Shown piece by piece: positions 30,109 to 39,500 of a DNA stretch of 64,000 nucleotides (the first letter of the stretch is position 1; each line of letters begins with the position of its first letter). Origin of the DNA: Dehalococcoidia bacterium. Lineage in GTDB: Bacteria; Chloroflexota; Dehalococcoidia; Plut-88900. The DNA is taken from contig OZ240215.1 in assembly GCA_965197585.1 (NCBI GenBank), forward strand, positions 2,112,001 through 2,176,000, given 5' to 3'. A program made the translations under genes and the position numbers. The notes under the pieces are model-generated. The model ran no database searches and had not been told where the DNA came from. It saw nothing but the letters and a program-made list of their open reading frames with translations.

Positions 30109-30230
30109 CAGAGGCTGATTATTCGCCTGCGCGGGCGTTCAAGTGTAGTACGCCGAGTTTTGACCGTACGCGCCCGCGCCACAAGGGATAATGCCCGCAT
30201 GAAATCTCTCCATAAAGGAATCCCGAGACC

Positions 30231-31415
30231 TTGAGGTTCGACGGCAACGTCTTCTACCACCTGCTGGAACGCTACCCGCCCGACCTGCTCATGGAGGAGT
30301 GGCGGGAAGAGGCTACCCTCTTCGACGAGGCGGGCTTCACAACCATATGGATCGGTGAACAGCACTTCTGGATAGCCGCCCCAAACCCCATCCTCATCAA
30401 CACGCATCTGGCCACCCACACCAAGCGGCTCAGGGTCGGGCAGAGCGCCTGCGTCCTCCCCGACTGGCACCCGATCCGCCTCGCCGAGGACCTCGCCCTC
30501 CTGGACAACATGACCCGCGGCAGGCTGGACGTCGGCATCGCCCGGGGCGTGAACACCCTGGCCGGAATCACCTTCAACGCCGACGCCGACCGGAGGGACC
30601 AGGCTCGGAACTACGCCCTCTTCAGCGAGACGCTGGACGTGCTCATCAAGGCCTGGACCGAGGACGCTTTTGTTCATCAAGGCCGGTTCTACAACTTCCC
30701 TCCGACGGGATGGAAAGAGCAGGGACCGCGGATATACTCGGACGATCCGGCGCACTACGCCTGGACGGCGAGATACATCGCCCTCCCCGTGCGCCCGAAG
30801 CCCTACCAAAAACCCCACCCTCCCATCTGGCAGGCCGCCGACTCCACCGCGTCCTACGCCTTCGCCGCCGAGAGAGGCCACGCCACAACCTGTCTTAGCC
30901 GCTCCTTCGAAGGTGTCAGGGAAGCCTGGACCACCTACAAGGAGACGGCCTCCCGCGTCTGGGGCCGGGACGTACCCATGGGACGCAGCGCCGACGGCAA
31001 GACTCTCAACGTCATGCGCACCTGCTACGTCGCCGAGACCCAGGAACAGGCTGAACGAGAGGCCCGAGAGGGAATCAATCGCTGGTACGACGTTACAACT
31101 GGCCTTAACCCCAGCCGTGGCAAGCAGTCGTGCGTCGCTTCTTGGGAGGAGCTTAAAGACCGGGACCTCAACGCCGAGTGGTTCGACTTCCTGCAGGAGA
31201 AGGAGATCATCTGGGTCGGGTCTCCGGAATACGTCGCCGAGAGGATAGACCGGCTGCGCACCGAGCTTAACTGCGCCCACGTCACCCTCTGGCCCAACCC
31301 CGTCGGCCTGCCCTACAAAAAAGTGATGCACAGCCTCGAACTCTTCGCCGAGCGGGTCATCCCAATGTTGAGTCACGGGAGTCTGTGCCAGACAGCATCA
31401 CAATCATCGTATTAA
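30231..31415 (+). CDS. LLM-class flavin-dependent monooxygenase, paralog of 27851-29037
   Basis: WIGEQHF, HPIRLAEDLALLD, GRLDVGIARG and PKPYQKPHPP. Confidence 0.88.
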   Translation: MRFDGNVFYHLLERYPPDLLMEEWREEATLFDEAGFTTIWIGEQHFWIAAPNPILINTHLATHTKRLRVGQSACVLPDWHPIRLAEDLALLDNMTRGRLDVGIARGVNTLAGITFNADADRRDQARNYALFSETLDVLIKAWTEDAFVHQGRFYNFPPTGWKEQGPRIYSDDPAHYAWTARYIALPVRPKPYQKPHPPIWQAADSTASYAFAAERGHATTCLSRSFEGVREAWTTYKETASRVWGRDVPMGRSADGKTLNVMRTCYVAETQEQAEREAREGINRWYDVTTGLNPSRGKQSCVASWEELKDRDLNAEWFDFLQEKEIIWVGSPEYVAERIDRLRTELNCAHVTLWPNPVGLPYKKVMHSLELFAERVIPMLSHGSLCQTASQSSY

Positions 31416-31428
31416 GAGGTATGTGGAA

Positions 31429-32371
31429 ATGAGTATTGGTACAATCGGGGTGGAAGTCTCGGGCCGTAACGCGACCGAAATCGTCGGGCAAATACAACGG
31501 CTTGGAGGATCTGGGCGTCAAGGCTGCCTGGGCCACTTCGGGCGGCGACTCGGATCCCATAACCCTGCTTGCCGTGGCGCCTGGCAGACCGAGTCCATAC
31601 TCCTCGGCACATCCATCGTCCCAACCTGGCCCCGCCACCCGATTACCATCGCCCAGCAGGCCAACGTCCTCGCCCATTCGGCCCCGGGCCGCTTTCGCCT
31701 CGGCATTGGACCAAGTCACTACTCGGAAATGTATCGAGCCCTTCCGGTTCAACTTCCGAAAGCCCCTCACCAACCTGCGGGAATACCTGCGGATAGTGAA
31801 GCCCCTGATCCAAAAAGGCTCCGTAGACTTCGACGGTGAGCAGTACCACGCCCACGTCGCCGCCGCAGACGCGTTCCCCGACATGCCGGTCATGGCCTCG
31901 GCGCTCAGACCTCGGTCATTCCGGCTCTGCGGAGAGGAGGCCGACGGTGCGATCAGCTGGGTCTGCCCACTTGCATATTTGCGGGACACAGCGCTCCCCG
32001 CCATGAGAGCGGGTGCCGACTCCGCCGGACGCCCGACACCCCCGCTAATCGCTCACGCCGTGGTCTCGGTCCACGAAGACTACGACGATGTCAAAGAGGC
32101 TGCCCTGGAAGAGATGGCATACTATCCCACCGCTCCCTTCTACCAGCAGATGTTCGCCCTGGCCGGGTACCCCGAGGCAGAAGAGCTGAATGGCTGGAGC
32201 GACCGGATGCTCAAGGAGATCGTGATATCCGGCTCCGAGGATGAGGTCGCACCAAGGCTGGAGCAGTTCTTCGACACAGGCGCCGGAGAGGTGCTGGTCT
32301 CCATCATCCCCGCAGGCCCCGACAAGCGAGCCTCGTGGGAGCGGACGGCCAAACTCCTCGCGAGTCTTTAG
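31429..32371 (+). CDS. LLM-class oxidoreductase, paralog of 12272-13228 (several apparent 1-nt indels in the 5' third)
   Basis: The pieces GTSIVPTWPRHP, APGRFRLGIGPSH, LREY and GEEADGAISW are spread over two frames. Confidence 0.8.
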
Positions 32372-33552
32372 TCTTCCCAGTAGGGTGTGTAGCCGGCCGT
32401 GGTGAGCTGGTCAAGACCCGTGGCCGTAACCTGGTACATGTCCTCGACCTTGACGACTACGGTCTCCCCGTTCACCTCCACCGAGGTCTCAGGCTCCAGG
32501 CAGATCACCATTCCCTCTTCAAGCTGCGCGTCAACCATCATCATGTCCGGGCGATAGATGATGGGAAGCTCGCAAGCCCGAAGCCCTGTCCCGTGGCCCA
32601 GGGAGTAGGGCGTTGTCGGGTAGCCGGACTTTGCCAGCAGGTCGTTGACTGTGCGGTCCAGGTGGGAGACGCGGACGCCGGGCTTGGCCTCGGCCTCTGT
32701 GGCCCGGTGGGACTCCATCAGCACCTTCCATGCCTTCTGCACGGGCGCGGGAGGCTCACCCACGAAGCCCGTCCTGCACATGTCGGATCCGTACCCGCCC
32801 TTTACGTAGCACCCCCAGTCAAACGCCATCGTTCCGCCTTCCTCCATCTTGCTCCCCCTCGGAAACCAACCGGCTGTCAGCTGGCTTTCACCCTTGATGC
32901 AAACGTTATGGGTGATGAACTCGGCGCCCTGGGCCCGCATCGTACCGTCAATGGCCGACAGCACCTCGAAGTCCAGCGCGCCTTCCTGCATGGCCTTCAG
33001 TCCTGCGTCCCCTCCCATAGATGCAATTTCGGCGCTGGAGCGGATCAGCTTGATCTCCTCCGAGTGCTTCACTTGTCGGGCAAGGGCCAGTGGCATGTAG
33101 GCATCCAGGAACGTGGCCTCCGACATCATGCGTTTCATCCCATCCCACAGCTGGAACGGCATTGCGTCGACCCCCACCCGCCGTGCCCCGAGGCTTCTCA
33201 GCTTGCGCGAAAGGATGTCGACCCAGATCTCGGCCTGGGTGATGCTGGAAACCCACGAGGGAGTGGGTACGAACTCCTTGATCCAGGGCAGGTTGGGCAT
33301 TGGCTTGTCTACCACGCGGTCGACATAGGGAATGTATAGGGAAGCCTCGCCTTCCTGCGTCACAATCGCCGCGAACCAGTCGTAGGATTCGCAGATCAGG
33401 AAGACGCCAAAGTCCGTGGCATATCGGATGTTGTCGTGGCCCATGAGGACGAGGGCGTCAACGTTGGCGTCCTTCATCACCTGGGCAACCCTCTCGGTGC
33501 GGTACTTGCGAAGGCCGTTCCAATCGATATCCGGGTAAGAGTACATGCTCAC
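32368..33552 (-). CDS. M24 family metallopeptidase-fold enzyme (Xaa-Pro peptidase/creatinase/DddP-like)
   Basis: NIRYATD; metal ligands D..D (FDWG..GSD), GHGTG, LEP and VED. Confidence 0.88.
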   Translation of the reverse strand: MSMYSYPDIDWNGLRKYRTERVAQVMKDANVDALVLMGHDNIRYATDFGVFLICESYDWFAAIVTQEGEASLYIPYVDRVVDKPMPNLPWIKEFVPTPSWVSSITQAEIWVDILSRKLRSLGARRVGVDAMPFQLWDGMKRMMSEATFLDAYMPLALARQVKHSEEIKLIRSSAEIASMGGDAGLKAMQEGALDFEVLSAIDGTMRAQGAEFITHNVCIKGESQLTAGWFPRGSKMEEGGTMAFDWGCYVKGGYGSDMCRTGFVGEPPAPVQKAWKVLMESHRATEAEAKPGVRVSHLDRTVNDLLAKSGYPTTPYSLGHGTGLRACELPIIYRPDMMMVDAQLEEGMVICLEPETSVEVNGETVVVKVEDMYQVTATGLDQLTTAGYTPYWED

Positions 33553-33670
33553 CTCCCGCCAAGTCTTTCTGCCGCTATTCTAGGGCTTTTCGACGCCGGG
33601 GGGCTAGGCGCGCGGTGATACACTAGCCCCCGAGACCGGTGCGATACCTCAAGCGCTAAGGAGCATCCAA

Positions 33671-34675
33671 TTGAACATGGAGGAGCGGGCCCAGACCATC
33701 TACAACGACGCCATCGCCATCGATGGGCTGAACATCAGCAACTGGGAGAGCCCGGCTGTTTATCAAAGCCTGAGCAACGGCAACCTCACGGCCATCAACG
33801 CCACAATCGCCGTCTGGGAGGGTTTCGAAGAGACTATGGACCACGTGGCAGGCTGGAAGCGCCGCTTTCGTGAGATGCCAGACACCCTATCCCAGGTCCG
33901 GTCGGTCGACGACATTTTGCGCGCCAAGGATGATGGGAAGGTGGGGATAATTCTCGGGTTTCAGAACGCCTCTCCCATCGAGAACAAGCTCGACAGACTG
34001 GAGCTCTTTCACGACCTCGGCGTTAGGGTCATCCAGGTCACCTACAACGAAAGAAACCTGTTAGGTAATGGGTGCTGGGAGCGCACAGATGAGGGCTTGA
34101 GCAACTTTGGGGAAGACGCCGTGCGAGAGATGAACCGCTTAGGCATACTCATCGACCTCTCCCACGTCGGTGATCGTACTACCCTGGAAACGGCAGAGTT
34201 GTCGGATAAGCCGGTTTCGGCCACCCACGCCAATGCCCGCTCCCACTTCGAGCACGTCCGCAACAAGACCGACGACGCCCTCAAGCTCATCGCCGAGAAG
34301 GGTGGCGTTGTCGGGGCCAACGCGTTCCCGCCCTTCCTGCCCAAGAGCTTCGAGTCGACCCTATCCGACTACGTGGACGCAATAGACGACCTCGTGGACA
34401 GAATAGGAATCGACCACGTTGCCATTGGCACCGACTACACCCAGGACCAATCCAACTCCTTCTTCGATTGGCTGTTCTCGCAGCAGGGCACCAAGATTCG
34501 TCCCCGCCCCGTTCCCTACCCCTCACCCCTCCTTCACCCCAAGGGTATGGAAACTCCCGACCGATTCTCCAACATCGCCCTTGAGCTCCTGAACCGGGGA
34601 TACAGCGAAGAGGACATCAGGAAAGTACTGGGTGGTAACTGGGTGCGGTTGCTGCGGGAGGTCTGGGCTGATTAG
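33671..34675 (+). CDS. Membrane dipeptidase (M19) family protein, PA5396-like
   Basis: IDGL, GFQN, DLSHVG, RNKTD, IGTDYTQ and GGNWVR. Confidence 0.88.
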   Translation: MNMEERAQTIYNDAIAIDGLNISNWESPAVYQSLSNGNLTAINATIAVWEGFEETMDHVAGWKRRFREMPDTLSQVRSVDDILRAKDDGKVGIILGFQNASPIENKLDRLELFHDLGVRVIQVTYNERNLLGNGCWERTDEGLSNFGEDAVREMNRLGILIDLSHVGDRTTLETAELSDKPVSATHANARSHFEHVRNKTDDALKLIAEKGGVVGANAFPPFLPKSFESTLSDYVDAIDDLVDRIGIDHVAIGTDYTQDQSNSFFDWLFSQQGTKIRPRPVPYPSPLLHPKGMETPDRFSNIALELLNRGYSEEDIRKVLGGNWVRLLREVWAD

Positions 34676-34845
34676 GCTTTAGTCGGCGGGCTTGACGCGT
34701 TGCGGGCACTGGAGTCCGCGGACACGGACCGCGGAGGGGATTAGGTCCAAATGATTTAAAACTGCCGGTCCAGGCGTAGGCGACGGCAGCAATCTAGTCC
34801 AGACCGGCAAATAAGCCGGCACTATACCTCTTAGGCGGTCAGTCC

Positions 34846-36075
34846 TTGATACAAAACGCTCCACCTACCGGGCGGCGCTTGCTGGTGATAGGCTCCCTCA
34901 CATCGGGCCACGCCATCAGCTTCTCCACAATTATCACCATTGGGCTGCTGCTGCCCTACATGACCGCCGATTTGGACTTGTCTCCATTGGAACAGGGGCT
35001 ATTGGGTGCCTCGGCAACCCTGGCGGTACTATTCCTGAGCATACCCACTGCCTGGGTTGCGTCGCGCTACCGGCCATGGAGAGTCGCTAGCCTGGGATTG
35101 ATCATCGTCTCCGGATTCACGTTGTTGCAGGGCTGGGCCCCGGGCTTCGCTCTCCTCCTCCTGGGAAGGCTCGGCATGTCCATAGCCTTTGCCCAGACGG
35201 AGTCCGCGACCGCGTTGCTTGTCCAGCAATGGTCGACGCGCAAACAGGTCGCACCGACCAACGGCATGATGATCTCAGGCGGTGATGTAGTCATCGGCAT
35301 CGCGCTCCTGCTAACACCCTTTCTCCTCGATTGGCTCGATGGTTGGCGAAACGTCATGTACATGTGGGCTGGCCTTAGCTTTCTAACTGCCATGGCGTGG
35401 GTGGTGCTTGGAGGGGAACGCCAGACCCCCGAGTACCTCGAAAGGTTCCGTTCCCAGCAAAGCAACCCCTTGGCCAGCATTATCAAATACAAGGAGTTGT
35501 GGATTCTGGGTGTGGGTATGGCGGGTGGAGTCGCCATGGAAAACGCTTTCGGCATATTCTGGCCGACCTTCGCACAGCAGGATATGTCAGTCGACCCCAA
35601 GATTGTCGGGCTTGGGATGGCCCTGTACATGTTCGCCGCCGCTCCCGCGGAGCTCTTTGTGGTGTCCCTGTCATTTCTCCAGAAAAGGCAGTTGACAGTG
35701 ATGGTGGTGACAGGAGTCTTTACGATGGCCACCCACATCGCACTCCTCTTCACCGGATCGGAGGTCCTGGTAGTCCTCATCAACATATTCCGGGGTTTCT
35801 CGATCTGCTACTTCCCCGTGATCATCACTATGGTCTACCAGCTGCCCGGCATCCGACCACGAGAGGTAGCCGTAGGGCTGGCGTTCATATATACCGTAAT
35901 GAACGCTGGCGCGGCGCTGGGCCCGCTCGTAGTCGGGGGCATAGTCGAGGTAACTGGAGACCTGCAGGCCGCCCTGTTTGTCACTACGCTCTTCCCACTG
36001 ACGCTCCTGGTAGCGCCGTTGCTCCTTAAACCTAGGATGAACAGTCGCATAGCAGAAGACTCTGCGCCGGCTTAG
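34846..36075 (+). CDS. MFS transporter
   Basis: About 12 hydrophobic segments over 409 aa. Confidence 0.85.
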   Translation: MIQNAPPTGRRLLVIGSLTSGHAISFSTIITIGLLLPYMTADLDLSPLEQGLLGASATLAVLFLSIPTAWVASRYRPWRVASLGLIIVSGFTLLQGWAPGFALLLLGRLGMSIAFAQTESATALLVQQWSTRKQVAPTNGMMISGGDVVIGIALLLTPFLLDWLDGWRNVMYMWAGLSFLTAMAWVVLGGERQTPEYLERFRSQQSNPLASIIKYKELWILGVGMAGGVAMENAFGIFWPTFAQQDMSVDPKIVGLGMALYMFAAAPAELFVVSLSFLQKRQLTVMVVTGVFTMATHIALLFTGSEVLVVLINIFRGFSICYFPVIITMVYQLPGIRPREVAVGLAFIYTVMNAGAALGPLVVGGIVEVTGDLQAALFVTTLFPLTLLVAPLLLKPRMNSRIAEDSAPA

Positions 36076-36143
36076 GCAATCGGTATCCCCTGCGTGATAT
36101 AGTCCCCCTCATACTTACTTAACTATTCCCTTGGAGGCGCGCA

Positions 36144-36542
36144 ATGAGCGATATCGATAAAGTACTGGAATCTTGCAAGACCGTCGCCATAGTGGGCCTC
36201 TCCCCCCGCCCCGAGCGGGACAGCAACGGAGTAGCAGTATACATCCAAGAAAAGGGATACCGCATCATCCCGGTAAATCCATCGGCCTCGGAGATACTGG
36301 GGGAGAAGTGCTACCCGGACCTAGCCTCAATCCCGGAGCCCGTGGACGTGGTCGACATCTTCCGCCGCTCAGAAGAGGTCCCAACCATCGTCGCCGACGC
36401 AATAAAAATCGGCGCCCGGGCAGTGTGGATGCAAAAAGGCGTGGTCAGCGAAGAAGGCGCTGATCTGGCCCATACCGCAGGGCTCACCGTCGTCATGGAC
36501 GAATGCATGGAATGCGAGGTACGGGCTCGAACAGGGGGTTAG
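36144..36542 (+). CDS. CoA-binding protein (YccU-like)
   Basis: AIVGLS, IIPVNP, VDVVDIFR and VWMQ.G. Confidence 0.92.
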   Translation: MSDIDKVLESCKTVAIVGLSPRPERDSNGVAVYIQEKGYRIIPVNPSASEILGEKCYPDLASIPEPVDVVDIFRRSEEVPTIVADAIKIGARAVWMQKGVVSEEGADLAHTAGLTVVMDECMECEVRARTGG

Positions 36543-36587
36543 TTCGGGGCAGGGCACAGTTTACCCTAACTACTTGTACGTATTCAG

Positions 36588-36974
36588 TCAGGCGGGCTCA
36601 ATATCAGTAAGGGCAAAGTCCGAGCCCTTGAATAACAGCGGTTCCCGCGTTGTTTCTGCCAACGCATAAGCGAAACAGTCACCAAAGTTTAAGCCTGCGG
36701 GATGATTCCCCTTGCCGAATCGCCGCCAAGCCCGTCGTGCGGCCTGTGCTTGCTCGGGAGTAACCGACACCACTTCTATTGGCCCTCTGTCTAACAGCAC
36801 GTCCAACTGATGTCCGCCCACCACTCCCGCACGGCTTTCTACAACTATCGTAGATTCCAGTAGGCTAGCAGCTGAGATGCGGCACTGAGGAGCATTGGCT
36901 ATTGCCCTTTCATACCTCCCAGCATCCGGTTCACCAAACAAGATTGCCAGCAGGGCAGATGAATCCACGATCAT
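36588..36974 (-). CDS. vapC: VapC PIN toxin (VapC30-like)
   Basis: MIVDSSA, GKGNHPAGLNFGDCFAYA and LLFKG.DF. Confidence 0.93.
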   Translation of the reverse strand: MIVDSSALLAILFGEPDAGRYERAIANAPQCRISAASLLESTIVVESRAGVVGGHQLDVLLDRGPIEVVSVTPEQAQAARRAWRRFGKGNHPAGLNFGDCFAYALAETTREPLLFKGSDFALTDIEPA

Positions 36975-37228
36975 TTGGGTAGCCCATGCTCATCGTAGAG
37001 GAAGTCGCCATGCTCTATAGCAGAAGGCCCATCCTTAAGTAGTGCTGCACAGCGTTGCCCGATTGCATGGAGCTCCTTAACTCGTTCCTCGACGCTACGC
37101 TCCCGCGTCTCGCGCTCCAAGCGCTCCTTCAGAGCCACTGTAATCGCCCCCGTCATCGTCTCGCCGGTTAGATGCGCTAACTCACTGGCTAGCCGGCATG
37201 TCTCTTCGTTTTTTATGTTAAGACTCAC
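36971..37228 (-). CDS. vapB: VapB antitoxin (Rv0623-like)
   Basis: MSLNIK..LA..TGETMT..LYDE.GLP; ATGA overlap with the toxin. Confidence 0.9.
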   Translation of the reverse strand: MSLNIKNEETCRLASELAHLTGETMTGAITVALKERLERETRERSVEERVKELHAIGQRCAALLKDGPSAIEHGDFLYDEHGLPK

Positions 37229-37399
37229 GACATTTCCTTTAGGGTAGAAAGCATAGCAATGATTCTACCATATCACCAACCGGTCAACCGAATTCCACTA
37301 TCACCTCTCTCGAATCCCCCTCCCCCCAATTGACACCACCACCCCGCTAAAGGTATGTTTTGTGCCGTTTCCGGCCCGTGCCCTGGGGACGACCTAGCC

Positions 37400-39061
37400 A
37401 TGCCTCAAGCAGACGTCATATTCCATAATGGCCCCATCTTAACCGTCGACGCACAGGACACGGTCTCTCAGGCTGCGGCGGTGACCGGCAACAAGATTTC
37501 TGCCGTAGGTTCTGCGGAAGAAGTGCTGGCGTCCAAGGGTGATGGTACCCACGTCGTAGACTTGGCCGGTCGGGCCCTCGTACCCGGCTTCAACGACGCC
37601 CACACTCACCTGGAACTCACGAGCCTGGGCCTCGGGCTCGCCGTCAGTTGCCACACCCCACCCCACGAGAGTATCGAAGACATCCTCGCCACCCTGAGCG
37701 AGCACGCCGCGGGCGTGCCCAAAGGCGAGTGGATAATCGCCCAGGGCAGCCTCTTTCAGGACATGCGCCTCAGGGAAAAGCGCTACCCCGACCGGCACGA
37801 CCTCGATCGCGTCAGCGTCGATCATCCCATCCTGTTCAAGACCAGCTACCACATGGTGGTAGTCAACAGCAAAGTGCTGGAGATCGCAGGCATAACCTCG
37901 GATACCCCCGACCCTCAGGGAGGCATCATCGAAAGAGACTCCTCCGGCGAGCCCACGGGCCGCATGAAAGACATGTACCACCGACTCCCGGTACCAATGC
38001 CCGACTACGAAACGGTCAAGGGCGCCATCCGGCGCACCGTCCACGACCGTTTCCTGGCCAACGGCGTTACCACGGTCCAGGAGATGTCCGAGACCGTGTC
38101 GGGCCTCGGGGCGATGCGGGAGCTCATAGACTCCGGCGAGATGCCCCTCAGGCTGAGCGTCTATATCCACGTGCCCGGCACCCTGCCCCTGGACAACGTG
38201 CTGAATAACGAGATCGGAGACTTCGAGTTCGACGATGCGTGGCTCAGGCTCGGAGGGGTCAAGCTGTTCATTGACGGCGGGTTTTCCGCAAGGGCCGCCG
38301 CCCTCCGAGACCCCTACGAAGGCTATCCGGATATCACCGGAAAGCTCGGCTACGAAGACCGGGAGCTCAGGAGGATCGTGCGCAAGGTACACCGGGCTGG
38401 GCTCCAGTTGCGTATGCATACCAACGGCGACCGAGCCATCAAGCAGCTCATCGATGCATTTGAGACGGTGTTCGGCATTCCGGCGGGCGTCGGAGAGGAC
38501 TGGCCCTACCGGCACCGCGCCGAGCACGTGGGCAATGTTCTTCTCCGCGATGACTTGACCATCTCGCGGCTGGCAAGCGCCAAGATTCTGCCGGTACCCA
38601 ACCCTGCGTTCATCTACAGCGTCGCCGAGTTTGTTGCCCCATATCTCGGCCCGGAGCGCAGCCATCCTTCATTCCGATTCAGGACCCTTTTGGACGCCGG
38701 TTTCCGAGTTCCGGGCAGCTCGGACTGCACGGGCACCGACCCCTGGCTCGTCAACCCCATGTTCGGCATCTGGTGCATGGTCAACCGTCGCACCTACTCC
38801 GGGGACCTGCTGGAACCCGAGGAGAAGGTCTCCGTCGCCGAGGCCATACGCATTTACACCTACAATTCCGCCTACGCCGAATTCCAGGAAGAGGTCAAAG
38901 GATCCATCGAGGAAGGGAAACTAGCCGACCTAGTGGTGCTGGACCGTGACCCGATCACAGCGCCGGAAGATGAGCTAAAAGACATAAGCGTCGACCAAAC
39001 GTGGGTGGACGGCAAGCTAGTTTTCAGTAGAGATCCTAATAAGGAGAGCAGCAATGGGTGA
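37400..39061 (+). CDS. Amidohydrolase_3 (YtcJ-like)
   Basis: PGFNDAHTH, KLFIDGG, HTNGDRA, HRAEH, GSSD and GKLADLVVL. Confidence 0.9.
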   Translation: MPQADVIFHNGPILTVDAQDTVSQAAAVTGNKISAVGSAEEVLASKGDGTHVVDLAGRALVPGFNDAHTHLELTSLGLGLAVSCHTPPHESIEDILATLSEHAAGVPKGEWIIAQGSLFQDMRLREKRYPDRHDLDRVSVDHPILFKTSYHMVVVNSKVLEIAGITSDTPDPQGGIIERDSSGEPTGRMKDMYHRLPVPMPDYETVKGAIRRTVHDRFLANGVTTVQEMSETVSGLGAMRELIDSGEMPLRLSVYIHVPGTLPLDNVLNNEIGDFEFDDAWLRLGGVKLFIDGGFSARAAALRDPYEGYPDITGKLGYEDRELRRIVRKVHRAGLQLRMHTNGDRAIKQLIDAFETVFGIPAGVGEDWPYRHRAEHVGNVLLRDDLTISRLASAKILPVPNPAFIYSVAEFVAPYLGPERSHPSFRFRTLLDAGFRVPGSSDCTGTDPWLVNPMFGIWCMVNRRTYSGDLLEPEEKVSVAEAIRIYTYNSAYAEFQEEVKGSIEEGKLADLVVLDRDPITAPEDELKDISVDQTWVDGKLVFSRDPNKESSNG

Positions 39062-39476
39062 TCAAGAGGAGCGAGGCCCCAACCACATAAAGAATTATGA
39101 GCTCGGGCCCATGCAGCCCTACGGCAACTACCCCCAATCTCTACTGGACACGTTCAGAGTGAAATCGCTCCTGAGCCCCGGCGCTCACCTAAACACGGAG
39201 GACGCTCACGCCGGCCTGCTCGAAATAGCCCCGGGCACCGACTACGCAGCTCACACTCACGCTTGGCCCGAGGCCTATTTCATCATCAAAGGGACCGCGG
39301 ATTGCGTCTGGGGCGAGGACTCCTTCACCGCTGGGCCGGGCACCGTGATTTACGGCGGACCCTTTACATCCCACGCCATGGTCATCACCAGTGAAGAACC
39401 CCTGCTCACCCTGATCTTCAGTTGGGCCCCAGGCGGCGACAGAAGTGTCTTCGATGAAGATGGAAAACTAATCTAA
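39054..39476 (+). CDS. Cupin domain protein
   Basis: APGTDYAAHTHAWPEAY and PG....P..SHAM; overlaps the upstream gene. Confidence 0.82.
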   Translation: MGDQEERGPNHIKNYELGPMQPYGNYPQSLLDTFRVKSLLSPGAHLNTEDAHAGLLEIAPGTDYAAHTHAWPEAYFIIKGTADCVWGEDSFTAGPGTVIYGGPFTSHAMVITSEEPLLTLIFSWAPGGDRSVFDEDGKLI

Positions 39477-39500
39477 CCAACCTGGAAAAGTAATCGGCAA

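Noticed and set aside
24158-31800. Programmed ribosomal frameshifting
   Set aside because: No slippery heptamers, mixed +1/-1 directions, several per gene, and intact paralogs exist.
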